A stretch of DNA of 63,752 nucleotides, filler included, from Octopus bimaculoides (GCF_001194135.2; 7 parts of 4 records of this genome joined end to end with filler, not necessarily neighbours in it); one strand, 5' to 3'; shown: positions 26,678 through 39,443, counted from the first letter of the whole stretch. Made by a program: numbers and translations. Notes: a model not told the origin generated them from the letters alone.

Positions 26678-26950
26678 CTGTAATCCCTCGACTATCGCGG
26701 ATGTTACGTTCCTAAACATCCCCCCCCCGCGATAGGTGAAAATCCGCGAAGTCGAAACAGTAGTGTATTGTATATTTTTTAAGATTGTTTTTATATTTTG
26801 CATATATTTATTTTACTATAAATGCAAAACAAAACCACGGAGGAATCGACGTAAGCTTAAATAATAAACCGTGATAGGTGAACCGTGATAGGTGAACCGC
26901 GATAGGTTAACCGCGATAGATGAACCGCGAAATGGCGAGAGATTACTGTA
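26678..26950. mobile_element. pogo/Tigger-type MITE
   Basis: TIR-like ends (c)tgtaatccctcgactatcgcgg / ccgcgaaatggcgagagattactg-TA, with internal tandem aaccg(t/c)gataggtg units. Confidence 0.7.
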
Positions 26951-26964
26951 CGCACAAACACTGC

Positions 26965-27472
26965 AGTTTTTTGAGATGCAAAAGATATTGTGTTTATCGA
27001 CTGTCTTCAAAAAGGCTGCACAGTCAATGGAGGGTCCAATGCCAACTTGCTGAGGCAGTTAGAAAAGGCTCTCAAGACCAAACGCTCCGGTAAACTGACG
27101 AAAGCGGTCTTGTTTTATCAGGACAATGGTACTGCTCACAAATGCTCGGTTTCAATAGCTCCTGTGAGGGACTGAGGCTTTGAACTGGTTGGTCACCGTC
27201 GCTCTTCTGATTTCACTGTCATTTGTTTCCCAACATGAAAATACACACTTGGCTGGGAACCAGTATCACAGTGATGATGACGTCATCTCTGCTGTTGACG
27301 ACTTTTTTGTGACGAACAGGATGGGACCTTCTTCACCAATGGGATCCAAGCACTGCAACACTGATGGAAGAAACGTATGGACCGTAAAGGGTGGGAACTA
27401 TGAAAACAAAACCTTATTTGGTCATATTCCGTAAGAGTATCTTGGTCAGCCTTTGAACTTTTCTGTCGACCA
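26965..27472 (+). mobile_element. Mariner 3' half (irritans-like), degenerate
   Basis: FIDCLQKGCTVNG...LKTKRSGKLTKAVLFYQDNGTAHK...HLAGNQYHSDDDVISAVDDFF, plus a right TIR-like end ctttgaacttttctgtcgacc. Confidence 0.85.
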
Positions 27473-27491
27473 TATGCATACATATATATAA

Positions 27492-27537
<46 letters not shown>

Positions 27538-27682
27538 GTAATATATATATGTACGTATGTATGCATGTATGTATATGTTATGCATATGTATGTGTATAAA
27601 TATATATATATATATGTGTGTGTGTGTGTATACAATATATAAATATATTCATATAAATATGTACATATACATNNNNNNNNNN

Positions 27683-27729
<47 letters not shown>

Positions 27730-27910
27730 TATATATTTATATATACATACACATACACACATATACATGTGTATTTGAATATGTATATACATAGACACAC
27801 ACATATATATACGTATCTGTCTACCCATCTATATATATGTATATATATGTGTGTATTTATATCCATCTATATATATGTGTATATATGTATATATATGTAT
27901 GTATGTGTAA

Positions 27911-27957
<47 letters not shown>

Positions 27958-27967
27958 NNNNNNNNNN

Positions 27968-27998
<31 letters not shown>

Positions 27999-28584
27999 GT
28001 ATGTGAGTATACACATATTACTGCAGCCAGATATGCCGTGAAACAGACAGTGACATAATGGTTTCATTGAGCACCCCCACCCCCGCCGCCATGTCTGGTA
28101 AACCGGAAAAGAAACGCAGGAACTGTGATCAAGGATATATTATATACATGAGGCATCTCGATAAATAAATCTCTCAAGAATAGACTCCCAAGAATATATG
28201 GCAAAGATAACGCAAGAAGTAAATATATTGGCAGAACTATTTCTACATTGAAAGTCCTCGTGGAGATTATTCACACTGGTGAGGAATTGATGTCGGTGAT
28301 AAAGACATTGTCCCCTTCTATCAGAATTTGATTGATGCATCTCTAGCTTTCCATGTTCGTTCGTTATACATGGATACATTTCTGGCAAAATGGTAGATGT
28401 AGTCAGGGATCTGTGTTGAAGGGAGATAACGCTTGTAAGGTAAGATTTTAAAAAAATAATATTTTCCAATGACGTCACAATAATGTAATTCCGACGTTAT
28501 ATGTCTATGACTGATGCCCTTATTTAGCTCTCAACGGACATCTCAACACAATTGCAATAAAGTAACAGGTGGTTTCTATATAAT

Positions 28585-28949
28585 TCGGTAACCCAGCTGA
28601 AACCGGTTCTGGCTCTGAGTACAAATGTCTTGTTATCATAAGTTTTGAATTAAAATCTTCCACCAAACCTTAGTCACAATTTATGTTCCTAACGCTAGCT
28701 GAATGATAACAAAGTTATTTTATTAAATTCTTTGTTATATTTAAAGTAATTGAAAGAAACACAGAGCATCTCAACAGAAATATGGTAACGAAAAGGTTAA
28801 AATATATAATAAAGAGACAATTCTTAACCCGTTCGATATCAACCTGGGTGAAACCACCTCTGGCTCTGAGTACAAATGTCTTGTTTTCATAAGTTTTGAA
28901 TTAAAATCTTAGTCACAATTTATGTTCTTAACACTAGCTAAGTTATTTT
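28585..28949. mobile_element. Two tandem copies of a TTAA-ended MITE-like repeat
   Basis: ctggctctgagtacaaatgtcttg...ttagtcacaatttatgttc occurs twice. The first copy ends ggtaacgaaaaggTTAA; the second starts TTAAcccgttcgat. Confidence 0.55.
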
Positions 28950-29704
28950 NNNNNNNNNNNNNNNNNNNNNNNNNNNNNNNNNNNNNNNNNNNNNNNNNNN
29001 NNNNNNNNNNNNNNNNNNNNNNNNNNNNNNNNNNNNNNNNNNNNNNNNNNNNNNNNNNNNNNNNNNNNNNNNNNNNNNNNNNNNNNNNNNNNNNNNNNNN
29101 NNNNNNNNNNNNNNNNNNNNNNNNNNNNNNNNNNNNNNNNNNNNNNNNNNNNNNNNNNNNNNNNNNNNNNNNNNNNNNNNNNNNNNNNNNNNNNNNNNNN
29201 NNNNNNNNNNNNNNNNNNNNNNNNNNNNNNNNNNNNNNNNNNNNNNNNNNNNNNNNNNNNNNNNNNNNNNNNNNNNNNNNNNNNNNNNNNNNNNNNNNNN
29301 NNNNNNNNNNNNNNNNNNNNNNNNNNNNNNNNNNNNNNNNNNNNNNNNNNNNNNNNNNNNNNNNNNNNNNNNNNNNNNNNNNNNNNNNNNNNNNNNNNNN
29401 NNNNNNNNNNNNNNNNNNNNNNNNNNNNNNNNNNNNNNNNNNNNNNNNNNNNNNNNNNNNNNNNNNNNNNNNNNNNNNNNNNNNNNNNNNNNNNNNNNNN
29501 NNNNNNNNNNNNNNNNNNNNNNNNNNNNNNNNNNNNNNNNNNNNNNNNNNNNNNNNNNNNNNNNNNNNNNNNNNNNNNNNNNNNNNNNNNNNNNNNNNNN
29601 NNNNNNNNNNNNNNNNNNNNNNNNNNNNNNNNNNNNNNNNNNNNNNNNNNNNNNNNNNNNNNNNNNNNNNNNNNNNNNNNNNNNTGTGTGTATGTGTGTG
29701 TGTG

Positions 29705-29930
29705 TGAGTTGGTGGGGGGACTCTGTGTCTGTACTTGTCCCCAACACTGCTTGACAACCGATGTTGGTGTGTTTACGTCTCCGTAACTTATCAGTTCGGC
29801 AAACGAGACCGATAAGATAAGTACTTAGTTTAATAAAGAAATAAGTACTGGGGTTGATTCATTCGACTAAAAATTCTTTAAGGTGGTGCTCCAGCATGGC
29901 CATAGTCTAATGACTGAAACAAGTAAAAGA
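29705..29930 (+). mobile_element. SINE family A tail
   Basis: Family A tail; faces an inverted copy at 30030-30255. Confidence 0.8.
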
Positions 29931-30029
29931 AGGGAAAAGACTTCGATTTAAGTTCTGAATTCAATTCAGTTAAAAGCTTTTCACTCAATTTCATCTCTCA
30001 TCGGTAACATCCGGTATTCTGTTATTCTG

Positions 30030-30544
30030 TTATTCTTTTATTAGTTTCAATCATTTGAGTCGAGCAAATCCACTCCACGACTTATTCTTTGCAAACCTAG
30101 TACTTATTCTATCGGGTTCTTTTGCCGAACCGCTAAGTTACGGGGACGTAAACACACCAACATAGGTTGTCAAGTGATGTTGGTGGTGGGACAGACACAC
30201 ACACACACACACACACAAACACACACATATATATGACGGGCTTCTTTCAGTTTCTTATTGTTTTATTGCCCACAAGGGGCTAAACATAGAGGGGACAAAC
30301 AAGGACAGACAAAGGGATTAAGTCAATTACATCGATCCCAGTGCGTAACTGGTACTTAATTTATCGTCCCCGAAAGGATGAAAGGCAAAGTCGGCCTCGA
30401 CGGAATTTGAACTCAGAACGTAACGGCAGACGGAATACTTCTAAGCATTTCGTCCGGCGTGCTAACGTTTCTGCCAGCTCGCCGCCTTTCAGTTTCTGTC
30501 TACCAAATCCACTCACAAGGCTTTGGTAGACCCGAGGCTATTTT
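30030..30544 (-). mobile_element. SINE family A interrupted by a family C SINE
   Basis: The A body resumes at 30487. The C insert 30256-30486 is flanked by an 11-bp TSD tttcagtttct (30245-30255 and 30487-30497). Confidence 0.85.
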
Positions 30545-31261
30545 NNNNNNNNNNNNNNNNNNNNNNNNNNNNNNNNNNNNNNNNNNNNNNNNNNNNNNNN
30601 NNNNNNNNNNNNNNNNNNNNNNNNNNNNNNNNNNNNNNNNNNNNNNNNNNNNNNNNNNNNNNNNNNNNNNNNNNNNNNNNNNNNNNNNNNNNNNNNNNNN
30701 NNNNNNNNNNNNNNNNNNNNNNNNNNNNNNNNNNNNNNNNNNNNNNNNNNNNNNNNNNNNNNNNNNNNNNNNNNNNNNNNNNNNNNNNNNNNNNNNNNNN
30801 NNNNNNNNNNNNNNNNNNNNNNNNNNNNNNNNNNNNNNNNNNNNNNNNNNNNNNNNNNNNNNNNNNNNNNNNNNNNNNNNNNNNNNNNNNNNNNNNNNNN
30901 NNNNNNNNNNNNNNNNNNNNNNNNNNNNNNNNNNNNNNNNNNNNNNNNNNNNNNNNNNNNNNNNNNNNNNNNNNNNNNNNNNNNNNNNNNNNNNNNNNNN
31001 NNNNNNNNNNNNNNNNNNNNNNNNNNNNNNNNNNNNNNNNNNNNNNNNNNNNNNNNNNNNNNNNNNNNNNNNNNNNNNNNNNNNNNNNNNNNNNNNGAAC
31101 GAAATAAATAAATATAATTTGAAAACAAAATGGAGAAACAAATTTACCTGATACAGTGGAATTTTTCTGATAATAAAGAATAAACCACCATTTTCTACAA
31201 ATTTGTATTACTGTTATTTTGGGGGGACGGTGGGGGTAAGCGAGTTGATGGGTGGAGCTGG

Positions 31262-31329
<68 letters not shown>

Positions 31330-32145
31330 CATTTTATCGCGGTGGCTCTCAGATAACAACACCGGATGTAGACACTTGAGCGATTTTGATAAATATTGCA
31401 ACCGAAAACAAAACAACCACCACCACAACAACAGAATAAGCAAATAAATAGCATTGACTGTATAACAACGATTACTTTTTGCTTTGTTCCTGGTGTAGGT
31501 CTTATCAGATATCGTTGAAGAAAATCCCCTCGTCTGAAGCCGTTTAATGGCCGCTAGTTTTCAATCTCTGATTATAACTTGTAAATAATATTTCACAATA
31601 AAAATACGAATGTATGTGCCGGGCTTACAGTGTCTTATTTCTCTCGAATGCAGACGACGAACTAACAAACTAACATGTCTGCTAGGCATGCTAGAAATAA
31701 CAACCAAAATTCATTCAAAATGCTAGACACCCCAACAAAGACAGCGTATCACGGCTAGAATACCTTCAATCATAGGCCTGCTCGTTGAGGGCTGACTTGG
31801 GGCTATAACAGCAGCAATTATGACGGCAGTAGCAATAGAAACAACAGCATCAACATCGACACTAAGGTGAAGGTGCCTCTGTGAAGTGGCCCGTGCTGCT
31901 AGAAAGGACAGTCAAATCTTCCTCAAGTCACGCTACTTGTAATATTGGTTTCAAATTTTGGCACGAGGCCTGCAATTTCGGGCGGTTGGGGTGGGGTATT
32001 GACAATCACATCAAACCCAATGTTCAACTGATACTTAATTTATCTACCTCGAAAGTATGAAAGGCAAAGTCGACCTTGGCGGAATTCGAACTCCGAACGC
32101 AAAGATGGACAAAATGCTACTAAATTTTTATGGCGTATATAAATA

Positions 32146-32195
<50 letters not shown>

Positions 32196-32503
32196 TAAAT
32201 GTGAGCGTGTGATTGTGTTCTCGTTTGCGCATGAGGAAACTAACACGGAATATGGAAGTGCATGCCAAGCACTCCAAAACATAGGAAAAGCGCGGGCACT
32301 AACACTCATATACACATACAGAATAAACACACACACACGCATACAAACGCATGGCCACACTTCGTCAGTCAGTAAACTAAATATAACTCCGCGCCCTGAC
32401 ATAGTATAACTCAACCGACAGACCAACGGAACAGCAGGACGGAAGTCGACGATGAACCAATACGGAAACACTTCAGCAATTCCGTAAGTAGTAGTAGTAG
32501 TAA

Positions 32504-32555
<52 letters not shown>

Positions 32556-33737
32556 TGTTGTTGTTGTTGTTGCTTGTGCTGTTATGCTGAGGTCATTAGG
32601 TTAGCGGAATATTGTCTTACGTAACCAGAATCACCTCAAGTCACCTCACGTTAATTTGCTCCGATGGAATCCGATTAAATCGATGTTGTTGTCGGTCTTG
32701 TTGCCGTTGTTTAACACTAGGCCACACCTCACTGACCAGACCAGACCTATGATCAAAGGCGTTTCAACCGTGACAATCCCACCTTTCTCTTGAGAATTCT
32801 GAATCTAGTACTAGGTTATCTAACATGTCACTTCCTTTCCTTGACTGTACGATGTAATTTGGGAAATACTGGCTGCTATTTTTAGCATGCTGATCAACCA
32901 CAATAGGGAGTTGAGCGGAAGTGAGGTTAGAATCTAAGGAATTCCACTGATTTCAGTTATTGCATTGACAACATTCCGGTCTGGAAATCATGTTTAACTC
33001 TGGAATGAAAGACATTCGTTTTATTCGATACACATTGCCGATATATATATATATATGTAAACATAGAACGACCAAGACAAAATACCCAGGGACGCTTCTG
33101 CGTGGAAACTAAGGAGTGTAAAGTCTGTAAATATTAACACGTTAGAGAAAATGATGATGATAATAATAATAATAAAGGATTCAAATTTTGAAACAGGGGC
33201 AGCCATTTTGAGATAGAGGAATAGTCGATTACATCGACCCCAATGAAACCTTTTTTAGGGGACGTGGATAGCGTTCTGTGTACCACTGTTCTCTTCGCCA
33301 CATTACCAGTCAGTCAACTCCTCCGGTGGCGGGGGGGGGGCAGCCACAAACTGGCTCCTTTCCCCCCCCCCCTCCTCCATCAATTTACTGCCCTCCTTCC
33401 ATTTCCCGGGACCCATCTTGATCCCTCGGACTTCCAGGGTGTTGCTAGTCAATCCTTTTACCGCAGCAGATACATAACTTCCGGCTGGTTCATGCCCCAT
33501 CTCTCCCCTCCTCTCCACCTCACCCACAAATGGAGAAGAAAACAAATACAAAAAAAAACAGGCAAAACCAGCGACAATAATTCCAAATTCAACTAATTCA
33601 ACAGATCCTAGGTTCACCCAGACGAGGAGACCTTCAACAAGTGAATAACAAACAGACGACTTACTTCAGAATCACAAGTGATTTCAGTTCTATATTTAAG
33701 AGATGAGGAATTATGTACATTATTTACGTATGCCCAC

Positions 33738-34000
33738 GGGCATATGGCGTAGTGGTTAAGAGCGCGGGCTACTGACCCCAAGATTCCGAGTTCGATTCCA
33801 GGCAGTCACCTGAATAATTACAATAATAATAATAATAATAATTATAATAACATCGAAAAATACTTTAGGAATGAGAACCCAGGTTCGAAATTTCCCCAAG
33901 ACACCTGACGAAGGCTGGAGGGTATATCAGCTGAAAAGTTGTGTTAACAACAAACAAGATGAGGACAAATATCCGTAAAATGTAAATAATGTTAATAATA
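33738..34000 (+). mobile_element. Family D: tRNA-like head + (AAT)n + hammerhead-containing tail
   Basis: A-box tggcgtagtggtt, B-box gttcgattcc, AAT tract, then acac-CTGACGA-a-GGCTG..CAGCT-GAAA-a-GTT-gtgt at 33901-33944. Confidence 0.75.
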
Positions 34001-34228
34001 TACACAAGTGATTTAACCAAAAACTTTTACCAATCCGAACTGCCAATTGCTCACAGTTCTCTGTTTTATAACAATGGGTCAGTCCACCTTTAATCACACT
34101 CTCTCTCACACACTCACACACACGCGCACGCACACACGCTGACACACAAACTCACACATACGCACACGCACACACGCTGACACACACACTCACACACACA
34201 CTCACGTTCACGCACACGCAGACGCACA

Positions 34229-34261
<33 letters not shown>

Positions 34262-34924
34262 GTACTCACACACTCACATGCAGACGCACACACACACACA
34301 CACACACTCACACACTCACATAACTCTCTCTCCTTCCAAAACATTAAACAAGATAACTTTCAAAAGTGTACGAAATGATCATAGCTGGGACATCGCTGAT
34401 CATAGATGTCTTTGGTTAAAGATGGTACTGGGGGCGTGTGTGTGAAACTGGCTCTCCGTCGGTCACGACGATGAGTGTAACGGGTGATCTGATCCACGGT
34501 ACAGTCGGCTCGGGAAATTAACGTGCATGTGGCTGAGTACTCTGCAGTAGCGTGAAAAAGTGTCTTGCTCGAGGTGAGAATGCACCATCGGGAATAGAAC
34601 TCACGGCCTAGCGATCGTCAGCTGAGTATATTAACTACGAAACAAGGCACATCGTGTGTGAAAAGAGCACGCACACACACACATGCACACACACACACAC
34701 ACGCAGACGCACACACTCTCTCTCTCTCACACACACACACACGTACTCACACACTCACATGCAGACGCACACACACGCACTCACACACTCACATAACTCT
34801 CTCTCTCACACACACATACACTCACGCACACATACACACTCACACACACACACGCATACACACGATAGTTTTATGAATTTTAAAATACCATCAGTTGATT
34901 TGTTTGCAAAAAACATCTACTCTT

Positions 34925-35125
34925 TTACTATTTTACTTGTTTCAGTCATTTGACTGCGGCCATGCTGGAGCATCGCCTTTAGTCGAGCAAATCGACCCCA
35001 GGACTTATTCTTTGTAAGCCTAGTACTTATTCTATCGGATTTCTTTTGCTAAACCGCTAAGTTACGTGGATGTAAACACACCACCATCGGTTGTCAAGCG
35101 ATGGTGTGGGGGACAAACACATACA
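34925..35125 (-). mobile_element. SINE family A tail
   Basis: Reverse complement of the family A tail. Confidence 0.8.
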
Positions 35126-35363
35126 CAAACACAAACACACACACACACACACANNNNNNNNNNNNNNNNNNNNNNNNNNNNNNNNNNNNNNNNNNNNTTA
35201 ATTAATTAANNNNNNNNNNNNNNNNNNNNNNNNNNNNNNNNNNNNNNNNNNNNATATATATATATATATATATATATACACGAGTGAGTGGACAAGCGAA
35301 AACAAAGGGCACTTAACACATTTAGTAGGTGTTACATGTATTATCTAAAACAGTTTGATTCGG

Positions 35364-35490
35364 TTCCGTGTTACTTCTAGTTTCGCAGGTCCCTAACGGG
35401 AGCCCGACTCCTTCAGGCTTCTCGTCTTTCCAGAAGCCTGAAGGTGTCGGGTTCCCGTTAGGGGGCTGCGAAACTTGAAGTAGCATGGAA
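35364..35490. repeat. GC-rich hairpin, about 59-bp stem and 9-nt loop
   Basis: tacttctagtttcgcag...caggcttct / agaagcctg...ctgcgaaacttgaagta with few mismatches and several G-T pairs. Confidence 0.9.
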
Positions 35491-35540
35491 TCACGTGCTA
35501 CTGGAGATTTCTTTTCCTTCTGTGGACTTTTCCCTTTCTC

Positions 35541-35575
35541 CTTTCCGACGAAGAACTATGCTCGAAACGTCAAAA
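35541..35575 (+). ncRNA. Degenerate minimal hammerhead-like motif
   Basis: cttt-CCGACGA-a-GAAC-tat-GCTC-GAAA-C-GTC-aaaa. Confidence 0.45.
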
Positions 35576-35663
35576 CTTTCTCTTTTCAACCTAATACATT
35601 TCTTGTATACGTCCTCTTCTTGTCCGTTAATTTTATTCGTTTATTTGAATTGTGTGCGCGCGT

Positions 35664-35706
<43 letters not shown>

Positions 35707-36359
35707 TTATATAATATTATATATTACCTTCTTCATTGTGGCGTCGTAGGACTCAATTCCTTCATTACCCTGTAGTATATTCAATACGATGGCTATGGTG
35801 CTATTGTATTCATAAAATAAAGCTACGTTCGACATCTGGAGATGAGAAAAATAGTTGTGACGTTGGCAATGGCCCGTGGAAATAACATGTAATCGATAAG
35901 TAAGAATAGCATGCAAGATCTTTATAGTTATATGCAAACATTTCACACAAAAATTGGATATATATATACACACATATAAATATACCTATACATGCATACA
36001 TGTATGTATGTATGTATGTATGTATGTATGTATGTTTGTATGTAGAGAAGGCGCCTGACTTAGTGGTTAGGATATTCGGCTCACTATCGTAAGGTCATGA
36101 GTTCGGTTCCCGGTGATGCTTTGTGTCCTTCAACATGATACTTTATTTCACGCTACTCCAGTGCGCTCAGCTGGCAAAAAATTAGTTGCACCGGTAATTC
36201 AAAGGGCCAGCCTTAACACATTCTGTGTCATGTTGAGTCTCCCTATATGAAGGGTACAAGTGTTTGTGGAGTGCTCAGTCACTTGCACGGGAATTTCACG
36301 AGCAGGCTGTTGCGTTGCCCGGATCAACTGGAGTGCCAGTATACACCTTCTATTTTTTA

Positions 36360-37025
36360 ATTATTATAAATATTCCACTGAGGAGGGAGCCGGTTTCCAA
36401 CAAAGCTACAAGACCCCATCTTTGGGATGTAGTTAACACAGACAAATTCGCATTTGGAACTTGAGAAAAGTCTTACATATTTTTACTGTTCCACTCACAG
36501 ATTGCATTTGTAATGTACGAATTAGTCAGTCGATTTCGCTTTCTGAAAATCCCAGTTTATCCAGATTCTTCTTTAAAGCATTTACTAACAAAACCTAGTA
36601 CTCTAATTATTATTGGTATGAATATGAATTCATAGTCTGGATATAGAAGCTGGAGGTTTTGAAGCAGATGTCCATAGTTTTCCTCTCTTTCTTTGATTTT
36701 CAAAGAGATATTTATATCTGCAGGGCACCTGACCTCTATGACGGTACATACTTTTGCCCATCTGTCCCAAACAACAATATCCGGCCTGTCATGTTTATAT
36801 TTGACAGACGTTTTGATGGGAATATTCCACCTGTATTCTTTGAGTTGGTGTTTATGAATGCATTCCATAGCAGAAGGATTTTCTAGGTTTATTTCAGGAC
36901 AGTCTTTTTTGCAGATGGCATTGTAAACTGTTATAGGAACAACATCGTGCCGCATAGGGAGGTAGTACCGTGACGACATTTTAGGACAGCTGCTAATCAC
37001 ATGTGTGACGTCGTCCACAGAAACA
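36360..37025 (-). mobile_element. R4/Dong-type non-LTR retrotransposon 3' end (zinc knuckle + restriction-like endonuclease)
   Basis: HVISSCPKM...RHD, RPDIVVWD...IEVRCP (PD-(D/E)xK), KEREENY, IPIIIRVLG, then a 3' UTR ending in ataataat. Confidence 0.85.
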
Positions 37026-37716
37026 TAACATGTGTGTATGTATGTATGTATGTATGTATGAATGTATGTATGTATGTATGTATGTATATGACGAGAGATA
37101 ATGAACGGGAAACTGGCATGTTTTATACATTCAGTCGAATTCTTATAAAAAGATAATTTCCTGATGTATTCTGACTTCTATAATATACTGCTTTTTGATG
37201 ATTCAACCCCAATATGATACAGTATATGCGATGAGGGGGAATTTTAAAAATTTTAATTGTCAAAATTCTATCCCTGATATTCGCCAAAGTCTTTTATATG
37301 CCCACATCTCAAAGACTTCTAATCTACTTGGCAATACAGTTGTTAATGTGAAGGAGGCGAGCTGGCAGAATCGTTAGCACGACCAATAAAACGCTTAGCA
37401 GCACTACGTCCGTCTTTACGTTCTGAGTTCAAATTCCCCCGAGGTCTACTTTGCTTAATATTCCTTCAGGCTTGCCCCCACCACGAGATTACTGGCCTTG
37501 CCCCCAAAATTGAAACTAATATAGTTGTTAATGCCTTTATCTTAACTCCATGCAGTAAAGTAAACCACACACGCAACACTTTGCTATTTTTCCGGTTTCG
37601 ATATTGATATTTCTTGATGCTAGCATGTTTGACATTCTTTCGAATGGTTTCCTGATTACCTTAACCTACCACAGACTTTTGCTTTCTGACTATTAAACAT
37701 CCATTATGCAGCGAAT

Positions 37717-38099
37717 GTGGAGGCGCAATGGCCCAGTGGTTAGGGCAGCGGACTCGTGGTCATAGGATCGCGGTTTCGAATCCCAGACCGGGCATTGTGA
37801 GTGTTTATTGAGCAAAAACACGTAAAGCTCCACGAGGCTCCGGCAGGAGATGGTGGCGAACCCTGCTGTACTCTTCCACCACAACTATCTCTCACTCTTA
37901 CTTCCTGTTTCTGTTGTGCTTGTAATTCAAAGGGTCAGCCTTGTCACACTGTGTCACGCTGAATATCCCCGAGAACTACATTAAGGGTACACGTGTCTGT
38001 GGAGTGCTCAGCCACTTGAACGTTAATTTCACGAGCAGGCTGTTCCGTTGATCGGATCATCTGGAACCCTCGATGTCGTAAGCGACGGAGTGCCAACAA
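37717..38099 (+). mobile_element. Full-length tRNA-headed SINE family B
   Basis: A-box tggcccagtggtt, B-box ggtttcgaatccc, tail ...gcgacggagtgccaacaa. Related copies sharing the tail at 13750-14040 (-), 34440-34645 (-), 36045-36335 (+) and 50780-51103 (+). Confidence 0.85.
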
Positions 38100-39443
38100 T
38101 GCAGTGAATAAATTGTTTTAACCGATTTTTAGCTGGAAATTCCTCAATAAATGGTATTGGAAATGTTTGAAGGAATGCACCTGCTTCGAATTCTTATTCA
38201 AACTAGCAAAAGACTTTAACAGAACAATAATTTCCGAGAGACGAAAATTATGCTTTCTTCAACCAAATGGTTGTATGACTGACGAATTCATGCTTATAAT
38301 TTTTTACATTGTCCAGCTATTTTTGGAATATTCTTCCAGATTCTCAAACTGTTCCGCTACCACCACCCTGGTGTGGTCTTTTACATCGTTGTCGGAAGGA
38401 TAAAAGGTAAATCAGTCTTTCATCATCCCTGCAGGAACTCTTAAGAATAAATGTGCGCCTGTGGGGGTGTATATGGGTGTATATGCTTGTGTGTGTGTGT
38501 GTGTGCGTTTGTCTGTGTTTGTGTGTGTGTATGTGCGTGTGTAAGTGTGTGTGTATGTACGTAAGTATGTATGCGTGTATGTATACATAAGTACATGTAT
38601 GTATATGTTTATATGTATGTAATATATCGATAAATGTGTAGCGCATCAAATTAAAATATCTAAGATAATGCTGATAGTCCAAACAATCTCTGTTTTAATT
38701 AATTTACTGGGGAGTAGGCTAATCTAAGAGATTACAGGATAATTAGAGGATCAGCTACGATCTGTAGAGCTACAAACACATATTTCCTTCTTAAATGTTT
38801 TTTCTTCTTAAATCCTTTCTCGAATTTGTCTGTTGAACATTAACAGGTGATTGACGTGTGATTAACAGGTTCGCACCGCGATCAGGTGGCTCTCGATCCA
38901 TCCTGCTTTTTCGTATATTGGACAAAGTCTCTTCTAAGAAAGTCTCAGTCAAGTCTTGTGAGGGATTTTCGGTTGATGGAAAGTCCTTAGTCAACTGTAA
39001 GTTAGAATGGACGATGCTTGGCTTTGTGCGAGAGACTAAATTTATCACTTGATTTAACATCACTGCTACCTGGCCCTCAGTTGCTTTCAACGGACTGCAC
39101 TTTGTTGCAAGCATGTTAGCCATCTCTCCAGTTTGCATATAACATTATACCACCCTTCTCACAGTTTCTAAGGGCCCTAAAAGTTACGAGTGCAAAGATA
39201 TGGTAACACCAGTGTTATCCATGTGTAAGAGCCCAATGCTAACCAATTGATGCTGTGGCTTGCTGTCAATAGATTCATCTAAAGGTCCTAGCACATTACT
39301 TTGTTAAGGGACAGACAATGATGTTAATATGACCCTACATAAGTGCCGCTCTTCTTCCTATTATTAACCAAGGGTTAAAAACAAAATGTCAGTACTTTTG
39401 TATATGCAAGTGCATTTGCCAAATGATAAATATTCATACTTAC

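Noticed and set aside
26865-26930. Regular 14-bp repeats aaccg(t/c)gataggtg
   Set aside because: No spacers and inside a pogo-type MITE; not a CRISPR array.
28140-28478. 112-aa minus ORF and a weak GIY-YIG-like IYG...YIGRT on the plus strand
   Set aside because: Motif spacing and context are unconvincing, with multiple stops in the plus frames.
37717-37790. tRNA-like sequences (also 19251, 33738, 36045, 50780)
   Set aside because: They lack a complete acceptor stem and run into SINE bodies; SINE heads, not tRNA genes.
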